Source: Eubacteriales bacterium
GTDB taxonomy: Bacteria > Bacillota > Clostridia > Oscillospirales > RGIG577
Assembly: GCA_050943735.1 (NCBI GenBank)
Contig: JBMNPT010000007.1
Span: forward strand, 51,220 to 115,219
Direction: 5' to 3'
Length of the DNA stretch: 64,000 bases
Shown one piece after another: positions 16,317 to 23,630 of the stretch. A model generated the notes under the pieces. It saw only the letters and a list, made by a program, of their open reading frames with translations, was not told the origin of the DNA and ran no database searches. How positions within the stretch are numbered: position 1 is the stretch's first letter; each line of letters opens with the position of its first letter. The position numbers and the translations under genes were made by a program.

Positions 16317-17681
16317 TCACTGCACTCCCTGCCATCGCAGCCCTTTGGGAAAGTGGTTTTTCAGCTGTCCGCCGCTCCACTTGCCCCATCCCAGAGCAAA
16401 ATCGTCCACCAGCAGCAGGTTCCAGCCTTTTTGGCCCGGAAGTTCCAGTGTTTCTCCCCGCAGCCAGGCCAGCACCCGGGGGTCCTGGCCATTCAGGGAA
16501 ATGGAAGCGCCCATCTGGTGGGGACGCAGTCCCAGCGCCAGACTGTGAGAGGGTTCAAATCGATTCTTTTTCAGGGTGCCAAGATGCCAGCCGGGACGGA
16601 GCACTTTGAGTCCCTTCAGGTCGGGGGTTCCATCGGGCACCAGATAGAGTTGATCCCCAAAGAGCAGATAGTTTCCCACAGGAGCCAGAGGCAGGTCCTT
16701 TTGGAAGGCATCCCACTGGGCCAGCAGCCGGCGGTCAGGCTGGGCTGGAGGGGGTGGAGTGGGGGTCGTTTCCCCTTCGTTTTTTTCCAGCAGGGCCATG
16801 AAATGCCCTTCTCCCTGCAGCTTGTGGGGCCACAGCCGCCAGGTGTCCGCCACCGATGGATCGCAGTCGGCGACCCAGTCGGGCCGTCCCCGCTCAAACC
16901 AGGGCAGGGCTTGTCCCATCACCCGGAATTCTCCCGGCTGATGCAGCAGCCAGTCTACACTGGCTTCATCCTCTTCCGGGGCAAAGGTGCAGGTGGAGTA
17001 GATCAGCCGTCCGCCCGGGCGCAGCATGGCGGCGGCGCAGGAGAGGATTTCCCGCTGCCGGGCGGCGCATAACGCCACGTTTTCGGGGCTCCATTGGGCT
17101 CGGGCTTCTTCGTCCTTGCGGAACATCCCCTCGCCGGAACAGGGCGCGTCCACTACCACACAGTCGAAAAATCCAGGCAGCCGCTGTGCCAGACGCTGTG
17201 GAGTTTCATTGGTGACCACACAGTTGGTCAGTCCCATACGTTCCACATTTTGAGAGAGAATCCGCGCCCGGGCGGGGTGGATTTCATTGCTCACCAGCAG
17301 TCCGCAGCCCGCCATTCGTCCGCCCAGATGGGTGGTTTTTCCTCCGGGTGCGGCACATAGGTCCAGTACCCGTTCCCCGGGCTGGGGATCAGCCAGCGCG
17401 CCCACCGCCATGGCGCTGGGTTCTTGCAGGTAATAGACCCCGGCCTCGTGCCAGGGATGACGGCCCGGTCGGTCGGGGGCATTGTAGAAAAAGCCCTCGG
17501 ATGCCCAGGGGACTGGCTGCAGTGCAAAGGGGCTGTGGCGGGCAAATTCCTCAGGGGAAATGCGCAGGGGATTGACCCGCAGACCCAGGGAGCGCTCCTG
17601 TTCATAACTGGCTGCAAAGGCGGGATAGTCGCTGCCCAGCAGGGTTTGCATCCGCTGGGAAAAGGCTTGGGGAAGCTGCAT
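16317..17681 (-). CDS. RsmB/RsmF-family rRNA cytosine-C5 methyltransferase (NOL1/NOP2/Sun) with C-terminal PUA-like domain
   Basis: SAM-binding motif VLDLCAAPGGKTTHL and catalytic motifs DAPCSGEG and TCT. ATG 17681 has an AGGAG RBS. The ORF-track start at 17774 overlaps the upstream gene. Confidence 0.85.
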   Translation of the reverse strand: MQLPQAFSQRMQTLLGSDYPAFAASYEQERSLGLRVNPLRISPEEFARHSPFALQPVPWASEGFFYNAPDRPGRHPWHEAGVYYLQEPSAMAVGALADPQPGERVLDLCAAPGGKTTHLGGRMAGCGLLVSNEIHPARARILSQNVERMGLTNCVVTNETPQRLAQRLPGFFDCVVVDAPCSGEGMFRKDEEARAQWSPENVALCAARQREILSCAAAMLRPGGRLIYSTCTFAPEEDEASVDWLLHQPGEFRVMGQALPWFERGRPDWVADCDPSVADTWRLWPHKLQGEGHFMALLEKNEGETTPTPPPPAQPDRRLLAQWDAFQKDLPLAPVGNYLLFGDQLYLVPDGTPDLKGLKVLRPGWHLGTLKKNRFEPSHSLALGLRPHQMGASISLNGQDPRVLAWLRGETLELPGQKGWNLLLVDDFALGWGKWSGGQLKNHFPKGLRWQGVQ

Positions 17682-17694
17682 GAAAAAACTCCTT

Positions 17695-18636
17695 TCAGGT
17701 GGATGGATGGCGCTTCTCAGTGGCATGCTGATGCCGCAGGATGAGCAGATGGTTGATTTCGCCGCCTGCCACAATGATGTTGCCCATCATGAATAGCCAG
17801 ATCATGAAGACGATGACGGTACCGATGGAGCCGTAGATGATAGAATAAGAAGCGATGTTGTTGACATAGAAGGAAAAACCGGCAGAAGCGGCCAAAATGC
17901 AGATCAGAGCTGCGCCGGTGCCCGGCAGGGCGAATCGAAAGGGCAGCCTGGGAGAGGGAACCAGATAATATAAGAGGGCCAACAGCAGAAAGAAGGTGAC
18001 TCCAATGCCTAGGAAACGTAGGAGGTCCCAATATTGGAGCCAGGCTTCAGGCAGATGTAGCAGGCGCCACGCACCGGTGAGCAGACGGGCAGAGAGAGTT
18101 GCCAGCACCAGGGTGAGAACAATGGAGAGAAAGGTGGTGAGAGTGAAAAAAAGGGAGATCATGTTGGCCACCACCAAAGAGCGTTCCTGATGGACGCGAT
18201 AGGCCTTGTGGAGGGCTAAAATCAGGTACTTCACTCCTCTGGAGAGGGAATAGTAGGCCATTACCAGACCGGTGACCAGCAGCAGAGGGCTGCGGATGGA
18301 AGTGAGGTGCAGCAAATACAGCGAAACCATGTCCACCACTTCACGAGGCAAGAAATGCTGCAGAAAGCCCAGAATTTGGGAGATGGGGATTTGAAAAAAG
18401 GCTGCCAGAGCGTTGGCAAAAATGAGAAAGGGGAAAAAAGAAAAGAGAATATAATAGGCCATCTGAACTGCGCTGCCGCCCACATCATCGGTGAAAAATC
18501 TGCGGATGAGTCCTTTGGCCAAATACAGCAGCACCGGATCGTTGGGATTTTCCCGCAACCAGTGGGAAAACTGAATCTTTTTGTCCGATAGATAAGAAAC
18601 TTTCATAGAGGAGATTCCTTTCATAAAAAATGTCAT
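17695..18636 (-). CDS. YihY/BrkB-family membrane protein
   Basis: ...VGGSAVQMAYYILFSFFPFLIF... and about 6 TM segments. The start is uncertain: ATG 18636 (GAAAGGA RBS), 18606 or 18687. Confidence 0.8.
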   Translation of the reverse strand: MTFFMKGISSMKVSYLSDKKIQFSHWLRENPNDPVLLYLAKGLIRRFFTDDVGGSAVQMAYYILFSFFPFLIFANALAAFFQIPISQILGFLQHFLPREVVDMVSLYLLHLTSIRSPLLLVTGLVMAYYSLSRGVKYLILALHKAYRVHQERSLVVANMISLFFTLTTFLSIVLTLVLATLSARLLTGAWRLLHLPEAWLQYWDLLRFLGIGVTFFLLLALLYYLVPSPRLPFRFALPGTGAALICILAASAGFSFYVNNIASYSIIYGSIGTVIVFMIWLFMMGNIIVAGGEINHLLILRHQHATEKRHPST

Positions 18637-18723
18637 GAAGTCATCCTTTCTTACAGTATACCATAGTGTACGGGAGATGTATGGCAATTATTGAGAAATT
18701 TTTCATACAAACATAAAAAATAC

Positions 18724-18752
18724 TTGCATTGAACCATGATTTATGATATAGT
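18724..18752 (+). promoter_or_regulatory. sigma-70-type promoter of tRNA-Tyr
   Basis: TTGCAT, 17 nt, TATAGT with an extended TGn (TGATATAGT), about 30 nt upstream of the tRNA. Confidence 0.55.
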
Positions 18753-18780
18753 TATATACGTTCTGTGGAAAATTCAATAT

Positions 18781-18865
18781 GGGGAGGTTCCCGAGTGGCC
18801 AAAGGGGGCAGACTGTAAATCTGTTGCTATCAGCTTCGATGGTTCGAATCCATCTCTCCCCACCA
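18781..18865 (+). tRNA. tRNA-Tyr (anticodon GTA), class II with long variable arm, CCA encoded
   Basis: Acceptor stem GGGGAGG/TCTCCCC, anticodon loop CTGTAAA, T-arm GATGGTTCGAATCCATC, discriminator A followed by CCA. Confidence 0.9.
18848..18865 (+). repeat. direct repeat copy 1 (tRNA-Tyr 3' end)
   Basis: ATCCATCTCTCCCCACCA is identical to 18979-18996. Confidence 0.9.
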
Positions 18866-18895
18866 AAAAAAGCACACCGAGAGGTGTGCTTTTTT
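18866..18895 (+). terminator. intrinsic terminator after tRNA-Tyr
   Basis: AGCACACC-GAGA-GGTGTGCT stem-loop followed by T6. Confidence 0.8.
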
Positions 18896-18902
18896 GCGTG
18901 AT

Positions 18903-18996
18903 GGGGGGATTCGAACAGCACGCCCGCAAGGCGGGGCCAAACACTCCGGTGGAGTGTTTGGGAGTGCGCGGCTCGTGGATCCATCTCTCCCCACCA
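18903..18996 (+). other. tRNA-like remnant or small RNA candidate ending in a copy of the tRNA-Tyr 3' end
   Basis: GGGGGGA (18903-18909) can pair with TCTCCCC (18986-18992) and is followed by ACCA. Internal hairpins include a perfect 11-bp stem at 18937-18947/18951-18961. There is no anticodon arm or T-loop. Confidence 0.3.
18979..18996 (+). repeat. direct repeat copy 2 (duplicate of tRNA-Tyr 3' end)
   Basis: ATCCATCTCTCCCCACCA is identical to 18848-18865. Confidence 0.9.
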
Positions 18997-19028
18997 GAAA
19001 AGACATACCGAAAGGTGTGTCTTTTTTT
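18997..19028 (+). terminator. second intrinsic terminator, homologous to the one after tRNA-Tyr
   Basis: AGACATACC-GAAA-GGTGTGTCT stem-loop followed by T7. Confidence 0.75.
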
Positions 19029-19051
19029 ATTCAAAAATTTTTACAGTAGGG

Positions 19052-19099
19052 TTGACATCATAAAACAATTGATATATTATTGTATTAGTTAATTAGTAC
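19052..19099 (+). promoter_or_regulatory. promoter plus imperfect palindrome (candidate YtrA/GntR operator)
   Basis: TTGACA (19052-19057), 17 nt, TATTAT (19075-19080). GTATTAGTTAATTAGTAC (19082-19099) is self-complementary at 14 of 18 positions, and an extra AGTAC half-site follows it. Confidence 0.45.
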
Positions 19100-19123
19100 A
19101 GCAGTACAGAAAGGAGAAGAACT

Positions 19124-19495
19124 ATGCAGTGGGAATTTTATGGAGATCGTCCCATTTATCTGCAGATTATGGAAAATCTGCGGATTGCAGTGGCAGCCCG
19201 ACAATTCACAGCAGGGCAAAGGCTGCCATCGGTGCGGGAACTGGCAGCGGAAGCGGGTGTCAATCCCAACACCATGCAAAAGGCACTGACGGAGCTGGAA
19301 CGGGAAGGCCTGGTATATTCTCAGCGTACCAGCGGAAGATTCATAACGGAGGATGTGGAGATGGTGGAAGCGATTCAGGAAAAACTGGCGCAGCAGCAAA
19401 TTCAGCAGTTTTTTGAAAGTATGTCAAGGATCGGATTTGACGTGCGGCAGACGGTGGAAGCTGTACAGAAAGCAGGAGAGGAGCAGACACAATGA
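19124..19495 (+). CDS. GntR-family transcriptional regulator (YtrA subfamily)
   Basis: ...PIYLQIMENLRIAVAARQFTAGQRLPSVRELAAEAGVNPNTMQKALTELEREGLVYSQRTSGRFI with a short C-terminus. Confidence 0.88.
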   Translation: MQWEFYGDRPIYLQIMENLRIAVAARQFTAGQRLPSVRELAAEAGVNPNTMQKALTELEREGLVYSQRTSGRFITEDVEMVEAIQEKLAQQQIQQFFESMSRIGFDVRQTVEAVQKAGEEQTQ

Positions 19496-20196
19496 ACAAT
19501 GGCTACATTTTGGAAACCAGGGGGCTTGGGAAGTCCTACGGAAAAAAGACAGCGCTGCAGGGGATTGATCTGGCGCTGGAACGAGGAAAAATTGTGGGGT
19601 TGCTGGGGCCCAACGGCAGCGGCAAAACTACCCTGATCAAACTGGCCAATGGGCTGCTCACTCCCACCATGGGACAGCTGCTCATCGACGGGCAGGAGCC
19701 AGGGGTATATACCAAGTCCATTGTATCCTATCTGCCGGAGCGCACTTATCTCAACGATTGGATGCGGGTGAAGGATTTACTTCGGTTTTTTCAGGATTTT
19801 TATGCGGATTTCCGGCCGGAAAAGGCGCTGGATATGCTGCAGCGGTTGAACATCAATGTGTGTGACCGGCTGAAAACCATGAGCAAAGGCACCAAGGAAA
19901 AGGTACAGTTGATTTTGGTGATGAGCCGCGAAGCCCAACTGTATTTCCTGGATGAACCCATCGCGGGTGTGGACCCGGCGGCTCGGGATTACATTTTGCG
20001 AACCATCATCGGCAACTACAATGAAAATGCCACAGTGGTGATCTCCACCCATTTGATCGCCGATGTGGAACCGGTACTGGACGATGTGGTATTTCTGCAA
20101 AACGGTCAGGTGGCACTCCACAAGACAGTGGATGAGATTCGGGAGCAGGAGGGTAAAAGCGTGGATTCGCTGTTTCGGGAGGTATTCAGATGCTGA
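19492..20196 (+). CDS. ABC transporter ATP-binding protein
   Basis: Walker A GPNGSGKTT, signature MSKGTKEKV and Walker B LYFLDEP. The start overlaps the GntR stop (ATGA). Confidence 0.9.
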   Translation: MNNGYILETRGLGKSYGKKTALQGIDLALERGKIVGLLGPNGSGKTTLIKLANGLLTPTMGQLLIDGQEPGVYTKSIVSYLPERTYLNDWMRVKDLLRFFQDFYADFRPEKALDMLQRLNINVCDRLKTMSKGTKEKVQLILVMSREAQLYFLDEPIAGVDPAARDYILRTIIGNYNENATVVISTHLIADVEPVLDDVVFLQNGQVALHKTVDEIREQEGKSVDSLFREVFRC

Positions 20197-21011
20197 GCAA
20201 ATTGACAAAATACGAACTGATGGGGACGGGCAGGGTATTGCTGCCCATGTATGGCGCACTGCTGATTTTGGGTGTGGTGGTACGGCTGTTCACCGGGAAC
20301 GGCAATTCGGAAGCCTTGCAGATGCCCCAATGGCTGGAACTTATGAGTGTTCTGTCGGTGATGGCCTATACCGCTGTGATGGTAGCCGTCTTTGTGCTGA
20401 CTTTCATTGTGCTGGTGCAGCGGTTTTACAAAAACCTGCTGGGAGACGAAGGGTACCTGATGTTCACCCTGCCGGTGCCCACCTGGAAGCTGGTCATCAG
20501 CAAAATGCTGGCCGCTCTGTTGTGGTGCGTGGTGAGCATGGCGGTGGCAGTGCTGTCCGGGTTCCTCATTGTGGTAAATGGTGCCTTTTTCTCCGAACTG
20601 GGGGATGTGCTCCGGGTGCTGATTTCCATGCTGAATGACATCAATGTGTGGAAGGTATTGTGGCTGTGCTTCAGTCTGCTTATCATGATGCTGGCCATCG
20701 GGGCCGGCGAGGTGTTGAATCTTTATGCCGCCATGGCAGTGGGCCATATCTTCCATCGACATAAATTGCTGTGGTCCTTCGGCGTGTACCTGATCATGCA
20801 GATGGTCAGTGTGTGGGTGGTGGACATCATCGGCACAGTGCTGGGGTACAGCGGATTTGTGGATGCAGTGGTTCGCTGGGGAGAAAGCTTGTATAGAATA
20901 GATGCAGCTATTGTGGCAGTGTGGGGCATGACCGCTTTCGCGCTGGTGGGCGCGGTGGTGTATTTTGTTATCACACAGCTGGCGCTGAACCGCAAACTCA
21001 ATCTGGAATAA
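20190..21011 (+). CDS. ABC-2-type membrane protein (permease partner), hypothetical
   Basis: Six predicted TM segments. It overlaps the ATPase gene by 7 nt. This is the typical YtrA-ABC arrangement. Confidence 0.7.
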   Translation: MLSKLTKYELMGTGRVLLPMYGALLILGVVVRLFTGNGNSEALQMPQWLELMSVLSVMAYTAVMVAVFVLTFIVLVQRFYKNLLGDEGYLMFTLPVPTWKLVISKMLAALLWCVVSMAVAVLSGFLIVVNGAFFSELGDVLRVLISMLNDINVWKVLWLCFSLLIMMLAIGAGEVLNLYAAMAVGHIFHRHKLLWSFGVYLIMQMVSVWVVDIIGTVLGYSGFVDAVVRWGESLYRIDAAIVAVWGMTAFALVGAVVYFVITQLALNRKLNLE

Positions 21012-21018
21012 AAGAAAA

Positions 21019-21053
21019 GGTCCGGAAAGCCATTGGCTTTCCAGACCTTTTTG
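21019..21053. terminator. bidirectional intrinsic terminator
   Basis: GGTCCGGAAAGCC/GGCTTTCCAGACC stem with one mismatch, an A-run before it and T5 after it. Confidence 0.8.
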
Positions 21054-21068
21054 TTTGCGTAGGAGAAC

Positions 21069-22412
21069 TTATCTCTTGTTGGAGGCTCTCCAGATGTTCA
21101 TTTTTTCAGCGTTGGCGATGAGTTCGTCCCGGAACTGGGGATGAGCCACCGAGATGATGGCTTCTGCCTTCTGCCAGGTGGACAGGCCCTTGAGGTTGAC
21201 CTTGCCGTACTCAGTCACCAGGAAGTGAATGTTGGCCCGGGTGTCGGTGACAATGGAACCGGGATTGAGAGTGGGCAGGATACGGCTCTTGAGAGTGCCA
21301 TCCTTGGTCTTGAAGGTGGAAGAGCAGCAGATGAAGCTCTTGCCGCCCTGGGACAGGTATGCGCCCAGCACAAAGTCCAGCTGACCGCCGGCTCCGCTGA
21401 TGTGCTTGATGCCTGCGGATTCCGCGTTGACCTGACCGAACAGGTCCACATCCACCGCGTTGTTGATGGACATGAAGTTGTCTTGGGCGGAGATGGAACG
21501 GATGTCGTTGGTGTAATTCACCGGTGCACTCATGCAGGCGGGGTTGTTGTTCAGATAGTCGTACAGCTTTTGGGTGCCCGCGCCAAAGGCGTAGGTCTGA
21601 CGGCCCTTGTCCAGATTCTTGTACTTGCCGGTGATCTTACCGGCCATGGCCATATCCACAAAGCCGTCCACGTACATTTCGGTGTGAACGCCCAGATCCT
21701 TGAGGTCGCTCTGAGCGATGAGAGAACCTACGGCGTTGGGCATGCCGCCGATGCCCAGCTGCAGGCAGGCGCCGTTGGGGATTTCTTCCACAATCAGACG
21801 AGCCACTGCCTGATCCACTTCGGTGGCGGGACCGCCGCCGCCCAGGATGCCCAGACCGGGGTTGGAGCCTTCCACAATCATGTCCACCTGGGAGATGTGG
21901 ATGCCCTCTTCAAAACCGCCCAGACAGCGGGGCATATTCTGGTTTACTTCTACGATGATGACTTCGGCGCGTTCGCACACCGCAGCCATGTGAGAGGCGC
22001 TGGGACCGAAGTTGAAATAGCCGTGCTCATCCATGGGAGCCACCTGGAACATGGCCACGTTCACAGGCTGGGGCATGTCCCGATAGTACCGGGGCAGCTC
22101 GGAGTAGCGGATGGGAGCGTAGAAGGTGGCGCCGTCGGCGATCATCTTGCGTTCCACACCGGACATGTGCCAGGAATTCCAGGTGAAGTGCTGGGCCACA
22201 TCGGGCACCTGCATGAAGGCGGGCTTTTTGAACAGAATGCCGCCGCGAACCTTCACATCGGTCAGCTCCTGATACCGTTCCGCCAGTGCGGTGTCCAGCG
22301 CGTCGGGAGTGGTTACGCACCAGCCGAAGTCCACCCAGTCCCCGCTCTTGACGGCTTTGACCGCCTGCTGGGCGGAGGTCAGCTTCTTTTGATATTCCGC
22401 TTGGTAACTCAT
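21069..22412 (-). CDS. butyryl-CoA:acetate CoA-transferase (acetyl-CoA hydrolase/transferase family)
   Basis: 447 aa. The N-terminus [60 protein letters not shown] closely resembles the Roseburia/Faecalibacterium But enzymes as I remember them. Confidence 0.8.
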   Translation of the reverse strand: MSYQAEYQKKLTSAQQAVKAVKSGDWVDFGWCVTTPDALDTALAERYQELTDVKVRGGILFKKPAFMQVPDVAQHFTWNSWHMSGVERKMIADGATFYAPIRYSELPRYYRDMPQPVNVAMFQVAPMDEHGYFNFGPSASHMAAVCERAEVIIVEVNQNMPRCLGGFEEGIHISQVDMIVEGSNPGLGILGGGGPATEVDQAVARLIVEEIPNGACLQLGIGGMPNAVGSLIAQSDLKDLGVHTEMYVDGFVDMAMAGKITGKYKNLDKGRQTYAFGAGTQKLYDYLNNNPACMSAPVNYTNDIRSISAQDNFMSINNAVDVDLFGQVNAESAGIKHISGAGGQLDFVLGAYLSQGGKSFICCSSTFKTKDGTLKSRILPTLNPGSIVTDTRANIHFLVTEYGKVNLKGLSTWQKAEAIISVAHPQFRDELIANAEKMNIWRASNKR

Positions 22413-22540
22413 CGATATCCTCCTATGTTGTCAAATTTTTGTCAAAGATAGCTTCTTTTATTATACCCCAGCGGCGGATGCAGGTCAAGGGAATTGGTGG
22501 TTATTCATGATTTGTCTACAATTTGTTTACAGACAGTTTG

Positions 22541-22569
22541 TTGTATTGTGCCAGAAAGCGCGTTATAAT
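22541..22569 (+). promoter_or_regulatory. sigma-70-type promoter
   Basis: TTGTAT (22541-22546), 17 nt, TATAAT (22564-22569). It precedes a ~100-nt structured leader. Confidence 0.5.
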
Positions 22570-22676
22570 AATACCAACCTCTAAGATTTCATATTGCATG
22601 GCATCTGGACGGGAGCCGGCGTTCCGCATGACGGAACCCATCCCGTCCCGTTGCCGTTTGATGGGAAGGATGAACG

Positions 22677-23072
22677 ATGGTGCAGCATTTCAGAAGATTC
22701 ATGCAGGGACGGTATGGCATGGACAGCCTGAATATCGCTCTTTTGTGCGTGGCACTTTGTCTGGCGTTTTTCTCTGGGACTTCTTTCACCGCATATTTTG
22801 TTTTTTTGTATCCGGCGGTGTTGGTGGTGGTATTGTATCGAGCTCTTTCCAGAGACCTGTACAGCCGTCAGCAGGAGGAACAGGTATTCCGCAGGTTGGG
22901 AGCCCGGGTAAATGCCTGGTGGCAATTGCGCCGCACCATGTGGCGGGAACGCCGGGAGTACCGATATTTTACCTGTCCCCATTGCAAACGGGTTCTGCGG
23001 GTGCCCAGAGGCAGAGGAAAAATCGAGATCACCTGCAGCGGTTGCCGGAATCATTTTGTCCGGAAAACCTGA
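22677..23072 (+). CDS. zinc-ribbon membrane protein, hypothetical
   Basis: GGAAGGA RBS, two TM segments and a C-terminal CPHC...CSGC zinc ribbon (YFTCPHCKRVLRVPRGRGKIEITCSGCRNHF). Confidence 0.7.
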   Translation: MVQHFRRFMQGRYGMDSLNIALLCVALCLAFFSGTSFTAYFVFLYPAVLVVVLYRALSRDLYSRQQEEQVFRRLGARVNAWWQLRRTMWRERREYRYFTCPHCKRVLRVPRGRGKIEITCSGCRNHFVRKT

Positions 23073-23084
23073 GAATGTTTCAGC

Positions 23085-23117
23085 AAAAGAACGCGGTATG
23101 GCCGCGTTCTTTTTTTC
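23085..23117 (+). terminator. intrinsic terminator
   Basis: AGAACGCGG/CCGCGTTCT stem followed by T7. Confidence 0.85.
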
Positions 23118-23170
23118 TATGTTGGGATAAGCGGCGAAAGGTGCGCAGATACTGTAAAGGGAAAAAGACG

Positions 23171-23199
23171 TTGCCAAGGCCAGGGGAATGTGATACAAT
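23171..23199 (+). promoter_or_regulatory. sigma-70-type promoter of rnj
   Basis: TTGCCA (23171-23176), 17 nt, TACAAT (23194-23199) with an extended TGn (TGATACAAT). Confidence 0.55.
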
Positions 23200-23205
23200 A
23201 GGAAC

Positions 23206-23630
23206 AGTTATGTGATCGAAAGGCCCTTGGGACCTGGCGGCAGTGTGGACCTGCCCCGGGCTGCCCGGAGGGAGGAGCGTGCGCAAAAGCACGAAAAAAT
23301 CGGACGGAAGAATGATTGGCAGACCGGCAAAGAAGGTGGCGCGTACGGAAAATGGCCCACCGGGAACGGAAGAGGTCTGCGGAGTGAAAAGCGCAAACCG
23401 GGAAACTTTTCCCCCCTGCAAAGAGCGTGAAAAAATGCGGGAGGGCCCCCAAGGGGGAAGTGTTGTCTTTTTGCCCTGTAAAAAAAGACACCCGGTCTGA
23501 AAATCCAGGAAAATCGGCACGGTAACTCACCGGCGGGCAATGAGTCAGGATGGACTGCGTTTATGGAAAAGCCCGGCGGTGTTCTGTAGGTATGTAAAAA
23601 TTTGGAAAATCAGAACGGAAGACGGAGGGA
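23206..23630 (+). promoter_or_regulatory. long GC- and purine-rich structured 5' leader of RNase J
   Basis: About 425 nt with no credible ORF. Helices are 23319-23325/23374-23380 (7 bp), 23335-23339/23357-23361, 23464-23472/23482-23490 (9 bp) and 23528-23538/23571-23581 (10 bp plus one G.G mismatch). There are eight GAAAA tracts. Confidence 0.5.

Noticed and set aside
18903-18996. Second bona fide tRNA, possibly tRNA-Sec given its ~94-nt length and long hairpin.
   Set aside because: An acceptor-like stem can form. However, there is no 7-nt anticodon loop, no TCA anticodon, no D-arm and no T-loop (TGGATCCA replaces GGTTCGAATCC). I report it only as a tRNA-like remnant.
18736-19092. 118-aa plus-strand ORF and the 86- and 93-aa minus-strand ORFs spanning the tRNA-Tyr locus.
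   Set aside because: They run through the tRNA gene and two terminators. There is no RBS, so they are spurious.
23080-23540. Cluster of 70-150-aa ORFs on both strands in the rnj upstream region (for example 23243..23500 on the plus strand and 23080..23520 on the minus strand).
   Set aside because: They have no Shine-Dalgarno sequences, overlap each other in several frames, and their composition simply mirrors the purine/GC skew. I treat the region as non-coding leader.
23118-23630. Possibility that the rnj upstream region is RNase P RNA, tmRNA or SRP RNA.
   Set aside because: It lacks the universally conserved strings I know for these RNAs. There is no GGAAAGTCCGG-type P4 segment, no tRNA-like GGGG...TTCGA...CCACCA ends, and no SRP domain IV GGAA/AGCA motif.
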